Origin: Parasynechococcus marenigrum WH 8102
Lineage (GTDB): Bacteria; Cyanobacteriota; Cyanobacteriia; PCC-6307; Cyanobiaceae
NCBI RefSeq assembly: GCF_000195975.1
Contig: NC_005070.1
Location: 1,260,001 to 1,292,000 of the forward strand
Direction of reading: 5' to 3'
Length of the DNA stretch: 32,000 nt
The position numbers and the translations under genes were made by a program. How positions within the stretch are numbered: position 1 is the stretch's first letter; the number at the start of each line of letters is the position of its first letter. The notes below the pieces were generated by a model. It did no database searches, was not told where the DNA came from, and was given only the letters and a program-made list of their open reading frames with translations. Shown here piece after piece: positions 9,608-16,759 of this stretch.

Positions 9608-10429
9608 ATGACCACATCACAACTTCAAACTGAACAGCATCAGGTCTCGGACGACACCGCGATCTCGATCCAGAACGTCACCATCAGTTACGGCAGCTAC
9701 GAAGCCGTGAAGAACGTCTACTGCGATGTTCCACGCGGAAAAGTCACCGCCTTCATCGGTCCATCCGGCTGCGGTAAGTCGACGGTGCTGCGTGCCCTCA
9801 ATCGCATGAACGATCTGATCGAGGGATGTTCCCTCAAGGGTCGTGTTTTGTTCGACGGTGTCGATCTTTACGGTGCCAGTGTTGACCCTGTTGAAGTGCG
9901 CCGTCGGATCGGGATGGTGTTCCAGCAGCCCAACCCTTTCCCCAAGAGCATCTACGAGAACATTGCCTTCGGTGCCCGGATCAACGGTTTCACCGGTGAC
10001 ATGGATGAACTGGTGGAACGGTCCCTGCGGCAGGCCGCCGTCTGGGACGAATGCAAGGACAAGCTGAATGAAAGCGGTTATTCCCTCTCGGGTGGTCAGC
10101 AGCAGCGCCTCTGCATTGCACGCACGATCGCCATCCAGCCGGAAGTGATCCTGATGGATGAACCTTGTTCGGCTCTGGATCCGATCTCCACTTTGAAGAT
10201 TGAGGAAACGATGCACGAACTCAAGAAGAGCTTCACCATCGTGATCGTGACCCACAACATGCAACAGGCCGTTCGCGTCAGCGACATGACGGCGTTCTAC
10301 AACGCAGAAGCAGTTGAAGGCGGCAGCGGCAAGGTGGGCTACCTGGTGGAGTTCAACGAGACCGAGAAGATCTTCAACTCTCCTCAACAGCAGGCCACTC
10401 AGGACTACGTCTCGGGCCGTTTCGGTTGA
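9608..10429 (+). CDS. pstB: Phosphate ABC transporter ATP-binding protein PstB
   Basis: ATG 9608. Walker [10 protein letters not shown], signature [13 protein letters not shown], Walker [13 protein letters not shown], and the PstB-typical IVTHNMQQA. Confidence 0.93.
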   Translation: MTTSQLQTEQHQVSDDTAISIQNVTISYGSYEAVKNVYCDVPRGKVTAFIGPSGCGKSTVLRALNRMNDLIEGCSLKGRVLFDGVDLYGASVDPVEVRRRIGMVFQQPNPFPKSIYENIAFGARINGFTGDMDELVERSLRQAAVWDECKDKLNESGYSLSGGQQQRLCIARTIAIQPEVILMDEPCSALDPISTLKIEETMHELKKSFTIVIVTHNMQQAVRVSDMTAFYNAEAVEGGSGKVGYLVEFNETEKIFNSPQQQATQDYVSGRFG

Positions 10430-10451
10430 TCACTGAATCCAGTTTTGATCC

Positions 10452-10482
10452 AGAAAGGCTGGGTGACTCCACCCTTTCTTAT
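10452..10482 (+). terminator. Intrinsic terminator downstream of pstB
   Basis: AGAAAGGCTGG (10452-10462) pairs with CCACCCTTTCT (10469-10479): 10 bp plus one C:C mismatch and a 6-nt loop. A weak T-containing tail follows. It lies 23 nt after the pstB stop. Confidence 0.55.
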
Positions 10483-10494
10483 TGGAGCTCAAGC

Positions 10495-10517
10495 AAAAAA
10501 ACGGTCCTGATGGACCG
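10495..10517 (-). terminator. Intrinsic terminator on the minus strand, directly after the tRNA-Ser 3' remnant
   Basis: Minus strand reads CGGTCC-ATCA-GGACCG followed by TTTTTTT (plus-strand A-run 10495-10501, stem 10502-10507 / 10512-10517). Perfect 6-bp GC-rich stem plus a 7-T tract. Confidence 0.7.
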
Positions 10518-10523
10518 GAGAAG

Positions 10524-10552
10524 CGGAGAGCAAGGGATTCGCTCCCGAGATG
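10524..10552 (-). repeat. Displaced partial copy of the tRNA-Ser(GGA) 3' end (att-like direct repeat)
   Basis: 10524-10541 CGGAGAGCAAGGGATTCG versus 13820-13837 CGGAGAGCGAGGGATTCG: 17/18 identical in the same orientation. Weaker similarity continues about 10 nt into the T-arm. There is no 5' half, so it is not a functional tRNA. Confidence 0.7.
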
Positions 10553-10814
10553 ATTGGAGTCAACAGAATAATACCACTAGAAATTTACAAACACTAATTA
10601 ATTGAGCTTATCAATAAGGACTAGATTATTCCACTTATTTTCCTTTGAATTTTTTGGGTCTGACTATCTTTGTGTTTTCGTGTACATCGGATGAGCTGGA
10701 TTACCCTTCTTTATGAGCCGCAATTAAGTTAAGTTGCCAAGAATAATTATGCTAGGATTTGAGGGTTATTGTCGGCATAAGGTCACTTTCTTTTAGTATT
10801 AATGGAACGGTAGA

Positions 10815-13160
10815 TTAGATTTTTTGAGCCCAGAACTGATACATGCTTGCAAAGGCTGAAGGATTTTCCTTCTCAAAGATGCCCCAGTTTCTTAGTGATG
10901 TAATTTTAACGTCTTCTGGAAATCTGCTGTTGTAGAGGCTCTCGATTTCTGTTGGAATGATAAATCCACAAAACCTCAGGCCTTGAGATCCTAATAGCCT
11001 CTCTATTTTTTCTATTGTGAAAAGATGTTCCTGAGGGTGGAAGCAAAGATCCCTGCATTCTGAAAGAGAGTAAAAATCTTTCCAGGAGTCTAGAAGATTC
11101 AATATTTCCTTGATCTCTCCGGCAAAAACCTTCTTCCTGAATTCTCGTATATTTTTTGCACTGGCTTCGATTCCTGCTTTGCGAATATACTCTCTTGTTT
11201 TAGTGATGACTTTGCGGGCAGACTTGCTATAGAGTCCTAGCTGAATGTAGCCTCCTGGATTGAGTTGTTGAACTAGTGCATGTAACCCTTCATCGGGGTT
11301 TTGCATGTGATGCAGAACCCCGCTGCATTCAATAACGTCAAAAATTTCTTTGAGGCTAGAGACATTAAGTATGTCCATCTGCTTGAAGGTGATGTTGCTC
11401 ATCCCATATTCCTGCGTCTTTCTTATTGCATAGGCCAGGCTGCTTCTGCTGAGATCAATTGCAGTGATTTGAGTGTTTTTGTAACGACTGGCGCTGATGA
11501 TCTGGCTTCCAGTTCCGCAGCCAGCAATAAGGAGCTGCGGCTTGGTTTCTGGGTCTGTTAATTTATTCAAGAAGAAAAGATCTTTTTGTTTTGTTTCCAT
11601 TTCGATAACATTAGAGATCGGCCTTACAAGTGATTCATGGGTGAAGTCTGAGTATTTGTATCTAGGGTAAGGGTTCTCCTCGTACATGTCTTGAACTAGT
11701 TGCGAGATTGTGTTTGAAGGCTTAAGGCTTCCATGCAGTAATTTTTTGATCTCACTTTCTTGAGATGGCTCTATGAACTGGGTTGTAATAAATGATTTGC
11801 TGGTATCGTCAGGGGTCGGATAATTATGGATTAAATCTGGTTTGAAGTGTGTTGCGTGAAGCGGCATGTAGCAGCCAATTATGGCAAGATTTTGGTTGAT
11901 AGATGCTTGTTGCTCGCCCGTTTCGCTGATAGCTTGCATTAACAACTTATCCTCCTCCCATGAGGTGGCGTAGATGTATTCATTTAAATAGCACTGTGTC
12001 GCCAAGGCTTCCGTCAAGGTTCTTATTAAAGGTGTTATTTCCTTTTTTTGTGTGGTAATTATAAGGATTTCTTTTCTTAACCTGGTGAAAAACAATTCAA
12101 TTATTTGGTGAGGTAGAATAGTCAAGGCTAGAGACTTGAGAAACCGCCAGTCTATAGCTAGTGTTTTGAAAGCTCTATTGGTGTCATTAATGATTGTTTC
12201 TGGTTTTGAAGCTTCTTGGATTTTAGGGAGAAATACTTGCAGGAATATTCCAGTTAGCTTTCGGTGAGATATGTCTGTTCGCTTGAGTAATAGTTCATAC
12301 GCAGGATTTAGGTCCCGAGTGTTTAATGCTCCTTTTGGGGCTTGCTCCAGTAGCACCATGACATTGTTAATGGCGCCAGGGCTATCAGCCTTGTGTTCAA
12401 GTGACTTGAGTGTGGAAGAGAGGGCTTCGTTAAACCTTCCTAGCTCTTTGTAGATTCCGCCCAGATTCATGAGGGCATCGGGGTTTTTGGGTTTCATCTC
12501 TAGGGATTTGAGGGTAGAGGCAAGGGCCTGATCAAGGTTTCCAAGGTCTCTGTAAATGCTGCCCAGATTCATAAGAGCGATTGGGTTGCCTGGATTGAGC
12601 TCTAGGGATTTGAGGGTAGAGGCAAGGGCCTGATCAAGGTTTCCTAGTTCTATGTATATGCTTCCTAGATTGATGAAAGAATCTGCGCTATTCGGGTTTT
12701 GTTCTATGGATTTAACGGTGGCGGTAAGAGCCTGGTCTAGCTTGCCAAGATCTTTGTAGATGCTGCCAAGATTTAAAAGTGCAATTGGGTTGTCAGGCTT
12801 TAGCTTTAATGACTTTACTGTTGCATCAAGAGCCTGATTGTATTGGCCAAGATCTTTGTATAAGGCGCCTAAATTACTGAATGCATCATGATGGCGTTGA
12901 TCGATTTTGATGGCATTTTTATAAAATGCAATTGCCTCCTCTGTGCGGCCGTTTGTTTGGCAAATTGCGCCTAGATTGGAAAAAATTATGGGGCTTTGCA
13001 GTCCAGAATTGATGATCTCCTTGTAAGCCATTTCGGCTTTTTTTAGGTTGCCATTAACATGGTGCTTGATAGCTTCTCTGGCAAGAGCTTCGCCTTGTTT
13101 GATTATCTTCGCTCGGCTTTTGTTTGCTTTGTTTCTTTTATCGCTCGGTGTGTCTGTCAT
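10815..13160 (-). CDS. TPR-repeat protein with a C-terminal class I SAM-dependent methyltransferase domain
   Basis: 781-aa ORF with an ATG start. About seven 34-aa TPR units (residues ~25-262, e.g. NLGSIYRDLGNLDQALASTLKSLE). A ~290-aa middle region has no motif I recognise. The MTase domain has motif I LLIAGCGTGSQ and FDVIECSGVLHHMQNP, preceded by YEENPYPRY. Confidence 0.85.
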   Translation of the reverse strand: MTDTPSDKRNKANKSRAKIIKQGEALAREAIKHHVNGNLKKAEMAYKEIINSGLQSPIIFSNLGAICQTNGRTEEAIAFYKNAIKIDQRHHDAFSNLGALYKDLGQYNQALDATVKSLKLKPDNPIALLNLGSIYKDLGKLDQALTATVKSIEQNPNSADSFINLGSIYIELGNLDQALASTLKSLELNPGNPIALMNLGSIYRDLGNLDQALASTLKSLEMKPKNPDALMNLGGIYKELGRFNEALSSTLKSLEHKADSPGAINNVMVLLEQAPKGALNTRDLNPAYELLLKRTDISHRKLTGIFLQVFLPKIQEASKPETIINDTNRAFKTLAIDWRFLKSLALTILPHQIIELFFTRLRKEILIITTQKKEITPLIRTLTEALATQCYLNEYIYATSWEEDKLLMQAISETGEQQASINQNLAIIGCYMPLHATHFKPDLIHNYPTPDDTSKSFITTQFIEPSQESEIKKLLHGSLKPSNTISQLVQDMYEENPYPRYKYSDFTHESLVRPISNVIEMETKQKDLFFLNKLTDPETKPQLLIAGCGTGSQIISASRYKNTQITAIDLSRSSLAYAIRKTQEYGMSNITFKQMDILNVSSLKEIFDVIECSGVLHHMQNPDEGLHALVQQLNPGGYIQLGLYSKSARKVITKTREYIRKAGIEASAKNIREFRKKVFAGEIKEILNLLDSWKDFYSLSECRDLCFHPQEHLFTIEKIERLLGSQGLRFCGFIIPTEIESLYNSRFPEDVKITSLRNWGIFEKENPSAFASMYQFWAQKI
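12498..12644. repeat. Intragenic tandem repeat (102-bp period) with a 45-bp perfect duplicate
   Basis: 12498-12542 is identical to 12600-12644 (CTCTAGGGATTTGAGGGTAGAGGCAAGGGCCTGATCAAGGTTTCC). This corresponds to adjacent TPR units sharing DLGNLDQALASTLKSLE. Looser 102-bp periodicity spans about 12375-12884. Confidence 0.85.
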
Positions 13161-13226
13161 CTTTATTTGTCGTCTTCAAACATTGTAAGCAACTTTTTAA
13201 GCCACTTTCCATCTCTCTCGACCTTC

Positions 13227-13489
13227 TCAGTCCCTCTCCCCCCCATCTCCGCAGCGGATCCGTTGAGGCTCGAGTTTGAGTTGGAGGTGCAGTGTGATCC
13301 TGAGCTCTGCTGAGTCCCAGAGGCGCTCCAAATCACAGGTGAAGTGTTTGGCGAGTGGGGTGAGTGGATCACCAACAGGGTCTCATTGTTGGTTTGAGCG
13401 GCTGAGGGGCTCCAATTGAAGGATCCCGTGATCAGCGTTTTGTTGTCCATCACGGCGAACTTGTGATGAAGCTTGTTGGAATGTGACTC
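13227..13489 (-). pseudogene. PLD/Nuc-family (HKD) nuclease or phospholipase D-like gene remnant, 5'-truncated and frameshifted
   Basis: Minus strand reads (stop)-ESHSNKLHHKFAVMDNKTLITGSFNWSPSAAQTNNETLLVIHSP, which contains HxKxxxxD and GSFNWS. After HSP (~13356) the family-like sequence continues in another frame: LAKHFTCDLERLWDSAELRITLHLQLKLEPQRIRCGDGGERD-stop (TGA at 13227-13229). An in-frame TGA at 13490-13492 and unrelated AT-rich DNA replace the N-terminal half. Confidence 0.7.
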
Positions 13490-13778
13490 TCAGTTTGGTT
13501 GATCTCGAACAATGCGCGGCTCATGGGGGCAAAGGCACCAACCGATGCCAAAGATAATGTATATACAAATACTCCCTCGACCCGAGACATCGAATTATGG
13601 ACTTACTTTCATCAAAGTGAAAAAGTCACGCCCCTAAACCCCCATCAGCGTTGCCTAAATTATAATTTGATCTTATCAAGCGCAGGACAAAGCCAGTTAA
13701 TTCCCTGCCAAATCAAACTCTGGACGCCAAGAAACTCCGAGAGAGGAACTCACTCAATCTCTCATAAGAAATTTCAAT

Positions 13779-13806
13779 AAAAAACCCCTTGCTTAGCAAG
13801 GGGTTT
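13779..13806 (-). terminator. Intrinsic terminator of tRNA-Ser (structurally bidirectional)
   Basis: CCCCTTGC (13785-13792) / GCAAGGGG (13796-13803) form a perfect 8-bp stem with a 3-nt loop. Six A's lie on the plus-strand 5' side, giving a T-run on the minus strand. It begins 14 nt beyond the tRNA 3' end. Confidence 0.75.
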
Positions 13807-13819
13807 GGAGGTTAGGTGA

Positions 13820-13906
13820 CGGAGAGCGAGGGATTCGAACCCTCGATAGAGTTGCCCCTATACAGCATTTCCAGTGCTGCGCCTTCGACCACTCGGCCAG
13901 CTCTCC
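13820..13906 (-). tRNA. tRNA-Ser, anticodon GGA (class II, long variable arm); CCA not encoded
   Basis: Reverse complement: GGAGAGCTGGCCGAGTGGTCGAAGGCGCAGCACTGGAAATGCTGTATAGGGGCAACTCTATCGAGGGTTCGAATCCCTCGCTCTCCG. 7-bp acceptor GGAGAGC/GCTCTCC, anticodon stem CAGCA/TGCTG with loop CTGGAAA, T-arm GAGGG-TTCGAAT-CCCTC, 87 nt. Confidence 0.93.
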
Positions 13907-13961
13907 ACCGGCTTTCACGTGGGGCAGGTGCGAATGTAGCAGGGCGTTCCAGTCAGACCGG

Positions 13962-14330
13962 ATGGGCACCAGTCACCGCATCACCATTCACTGGCGCCAG
14001 GAACAACGAACCATCACCCACGACGTTCCAGAGGGGGAATACATCCTCCAAAGCTTCGAGCGTCAGGGCGATCCCTTGCCCTTTTCATGCCGCAACGGCT
14101 GCTGCACCAGCTGTGCCGTCCGGGTGAAACAAGGGCAACTCGATCAACGCGAGGCGATGGGCCTTTCCCATGAGCTGAGGCAACAGGGCTATGGCTTGCT
14201 GTGCGTGGCTCGAGCCATCGGACCCCTCGAAGCCGAAACCCAGGACGAAGATGAGGTGTACGACCTGCAGTTCGGCCGCCATTTTGGCCGCGGCAAGGTG
14301 ACGGCAGGACTACCCCTGGACGAGGAATGA
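13962..14330 (+). CDS. Plant-type [2Fe-2S] ferredoxin-like protein
   Basis: 122 aa. Cluster ligands in the canonical spacing C-x4-C-x2-C (SCRNGCCTSCAVRV) plus a distal Cys (LLCVA). Confidence 0.85.
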   Translation: MGTSHRITIHWRQEQRTITHDVPEGEYILQSFERQGDPLPFSCRNGCCTSCAVRVKQGQLDQREAMGLSHELRQQGYGLLCVARAIGPLEAETQDEDEVYDLQFGRHFGRGKVTAGLPLDEE

Positions 14331-15220
14331 CAATGACCTCATCGATCTGCAGTTCAGCGGCCAGTGATGCTGGTCTCAACGCCGACAGGCTTGGCGCCCT
14401 TGTGACTGTGGCGCGACAGGCCGCTGACGCAGGTGGGGCTGAGTTGATGCGCCACTACGGGCGGCTGAGCTCTGTTGAAAGCAAAGGGCGCATTGGTGAT
14501 CTCGTCACCAATGCGGATCTGGCAGCCGAACGCGTTGTTCTTGAGGTGCTCGACAGAGAAACCCCAGACATCGCTGTTCTGGCAGAAGAAAGCGGTGCCG
14601 CCGGTGAACAGGACAGTCTGCGTTGGTGCGTCGATCCCCTGGATGGCACCACCAACTTCACCCACGGGTACCCATTCTTCGCCACATCGATCGGCCTGAC
14701 GTTTCGTCAACGGCCGATTCTGGGAGCCATCGCCGTTCCGTTCCTGGGAGAGACGTACTGGGGTGCTCCAGGTCATGGAGCCCACTGCAACGACAGCAAC
14801 ATTCAGGTGAGCCGTTGCGAGCGACTGGAGGACTCCCTTCTTGTGACTGGGTTTGCCTACGACCGCCACACGCGACTCGACAACAACTACGCCCAGTTCT
14901 GCTGGTTCACCCATCGGACCCGAGGGGTTCGCCGAGGTGGTGCCGCTGCTGTGGATCTGGCCTTTGTGGCTGCCGGTCGTCAGGACGGTTACTGGGAACG
15001 AGGACTGGCGCCCTGGGACCTTGCTGCCGGTGTGGCGCTGGTGGAACTCTCGGGTGGAACGATCAGCGGATATGGAGGGGAGGAGTTCGATCTCCGCAGC
15101 GGCCGCGTGGTGGCGGCAGGCCCGGCATTGCATCCGACCATTGTTGACGTGCTGGCCCAGGTGAAGCCTTTATCCGGTGATGCCTTCGGTGCACCGGAGG
15201 TCACGGCCATGGGATCCTGA
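14327..15220 (+). CDS. Inositol monophosphatase family protein (SuhB/HisN-like phosphatase)
   Basis: IMPase motifs [31 protein letters not shown] and [12 protein letters not shown]. The start ATG overlaps the ferredoxin stop (ATGA at 14327-14330). Confidence 0.88.
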
Positions 15221-15242
15221 GGCAACGCCGAGAATTCCGGAG

Positions 15243-16421
15243 ATGGCGCTGCAACCCGCAGCTGGCGCGAGGGATCTGAATCCACGTCAGGTGGAATCCA
15301 ACCGGGCGCTCAGCGAACGGCTGGCGTCTGTCTTTCGTCTATGGGGCTACGACGAAGTCTCCCCTCCTCGGGTGGAACGTCTTGACACCTTGATGGCTGG
15401 TGGAGCCATCGCCAGCGAAGACGTTGTGCGGTTGGTGGCCGATGAGCCCCTGGGCCTTCGCCCGGAGATGACCGCATCCATCGCCAGGGCTGCCTGCACC
15501 CGGCTGGCCTCACGGCCCCGGCCGTTGCGTCTCTGGGCGTCTGGAACGGTGTTTCAGTCGAGAGCGGCTGATGAAGGTGGGCAATGCATTGAAGAGAATC
15601 TGCAATGCGGTGTGGAGCTGTTCGGTGTTGCACCGATCGAAGCCGAGATGGAGCTGCTCAGCCTGTTGATGGCGGCAGTGGAACGCCTGGACTTTCAAGC
15701 TCAGCATCAGCCGCGGCTGTTGATGGGGCACACGGGACTGATGGATCTGTTGCTCAGCCCCGTTCCGCCCGTCCTGCGCGACGCAGTCCGCGCCGCGTTG
15801 ATTCAATACGACCGCCTCGGGCTGGAAACCATCGAGCTTGAAGAGGGGCTAAGGGCCACCCTGCTGAGCCTGCTGGACTGCCGCGGCACACCGAACGAGG
15901 TCCTCGAGCGACTGTCCTCCTGCTTTGGTGCGCAGGCTCTGTTTGACGATCTGCATCGACTCTGCCGCCAGCTGCAGGGACCGGCAGCTGCCCAGGGCGT
16001 GAGGCTTCAACTCGATCCCACGTTTCAACCGAGATTTGAGCTCTACACAGGCCTCGTCTTCCAGCTGGTGTGCGACACGCACTCGGCTCCTGTCGTGGTG
16101 GCCCGTGGCGGCCGCTACGACGACTTGGTCCGCCGTTGTGGTGCACAACCGGGACAAGACTTTGGTGCGGGCTTCAGCCTCGCGATCGATCCGATCCGGG
16201 AATTGTTGAGTGACTCATCGTCCAACCCGACGGTCGCGCCTCAATTGATGGTGGCGTTTTCGGAGCGGTCAACCCTCGAGGCGGCACTGGAGCGGCAGCG
16301 CTGGTGGCATCAACAGGGCCGAAGTGCGGTGATTGAACTGCATCCGTTCAGCACTCGGAGCCTGGCTGAACAGCAGGCCACGGACCAAGGTGGCTTCCAA
16401 CTCGATTGGATCGATCCTTAG
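15243..16421 (+). CDS. hisZ: ATP phosphoribosyltransferase regulatory subunit
   Basis: ATG 15243 gives [18 protein letters not shown]...[27 protein letters not shown]...[14 protein letters not shown]. This is the HisRS-like HisZ pattern without an anticodon-binding domain. Confidence 0.88.
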
Positions 16422-16445
16422 GATCAAGGTTGAGACTGTTGAGTT

Positions 16446-16670
16446 ATGGCCCACACGATCGTCACTGATGTCTGCGAGGGCATTGCCGACTGTGTGGATG
16501 CCTGTCCCGTGGCCTGCATCGATCAGGGTCAAGGAAAAAACAAAAAGGGCACCGACTTCTACTGGATCAATTTCGACACCTGCATCGACTGCGGCATCTG
16601 TCTGCAGGTGTGCCCTGTGGAAGGCGCCATCCTGGCTGAGGAGCGCCCTGACCTTCAGAAGGGGGGGTGA
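16446..16670 (+). CDS. Small dicluster ferredoxin, probably 7Fe type ([3Fe-4S][4Fe-4S])
   Basis: 74 aa. The second motif is canonical CIDCGICLQVCP. The first motif is C10-x5-C16-x3-C20-P, with Ile where the second Cys of CxxCxxCxxxCP would sit. That is the pattern seen in 3Fe-4S sites. Confidence 0.8.
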   Translation: MAHTIVTDVCEGIADCVDACPVACIDQGQGKNKKGTDFYWINFDTCIDCGICLQVCPVEGAILAEERPDLQKGG

Positions 16671-16759
16671 GCTGATCTTGTGGTTCGGAGAACCACCAAG
16701 CATTCCCTCTTGAGGGAATTCAGGCCCCCTCCTTATCGTCAGATTTTTCCAGCAGTCCA

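Larger units (their letters stand above)
10524..13819. mobile_element. Decayed low-GC genomic islet integrated at the 3' end of tRNA-Ser(GGA); no integrase retained
   Basis: Bounded by the tRNA 3' end and its direct repeat. Hand counts: 17/60 G+C at 12061-12120 and 24/60 at 13621-13680, versus 38/60 at 24541-24600 in a core gene. Contains one intact foreign-looking gene and one pseudogene. Confidence 0.65.

Noticed and set aside
9617-10387. 256-aa minus-strand ORF
   Set aside because: It is antisense to pstB with no motifs, so it is a shadow ORF. The same reasoning applies to 14354-15133 (antisense to the IMPase gene), 16739-17503 (htpG), 20391-20987 (ggpS), 21083-21637 (binding protein gene), 24173-24853 (ABC ATPase) and 28008-28892 (FAD oxidoreductase).
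10524-10552. Possible second tRNA gene
   Set aside because: Only the 3' acceptor strand and a degenerate T-arm are present. There is no 5' acceptor strand, D-arm or anticodon arm upstream, so I interpret it as an att-type remnant.
12375-12884. Regularly spaced repeats that could be mistaken for a CRISPR-like array
   Set aside because: The period is 102 bp, equal to one 34-aa TPR unit. The repeats are in frame inside a long ORF, and the 'spacers' are also conserved TPR sequence.
13163-13453. 96-aa ORF as an intact small PLD-like gene
   Set aside because: It has a GTG start in the middle of the HKD motif, an in-frame stop just upstream, and its C-terminal two thirds are out of frame relative to the family-like sequence. 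It is better explained as a pseudogene (see feature 13227-13489).
13499-13780. 93-aa TTG-start ORF ending at a terminator hairpin
   Set aside because: It has no ribosome-binding site or recognisable motif. The hairpin is already explained as the tRNA-Ser terminator. I kept it only as part of the spacer finding, not as a gene.
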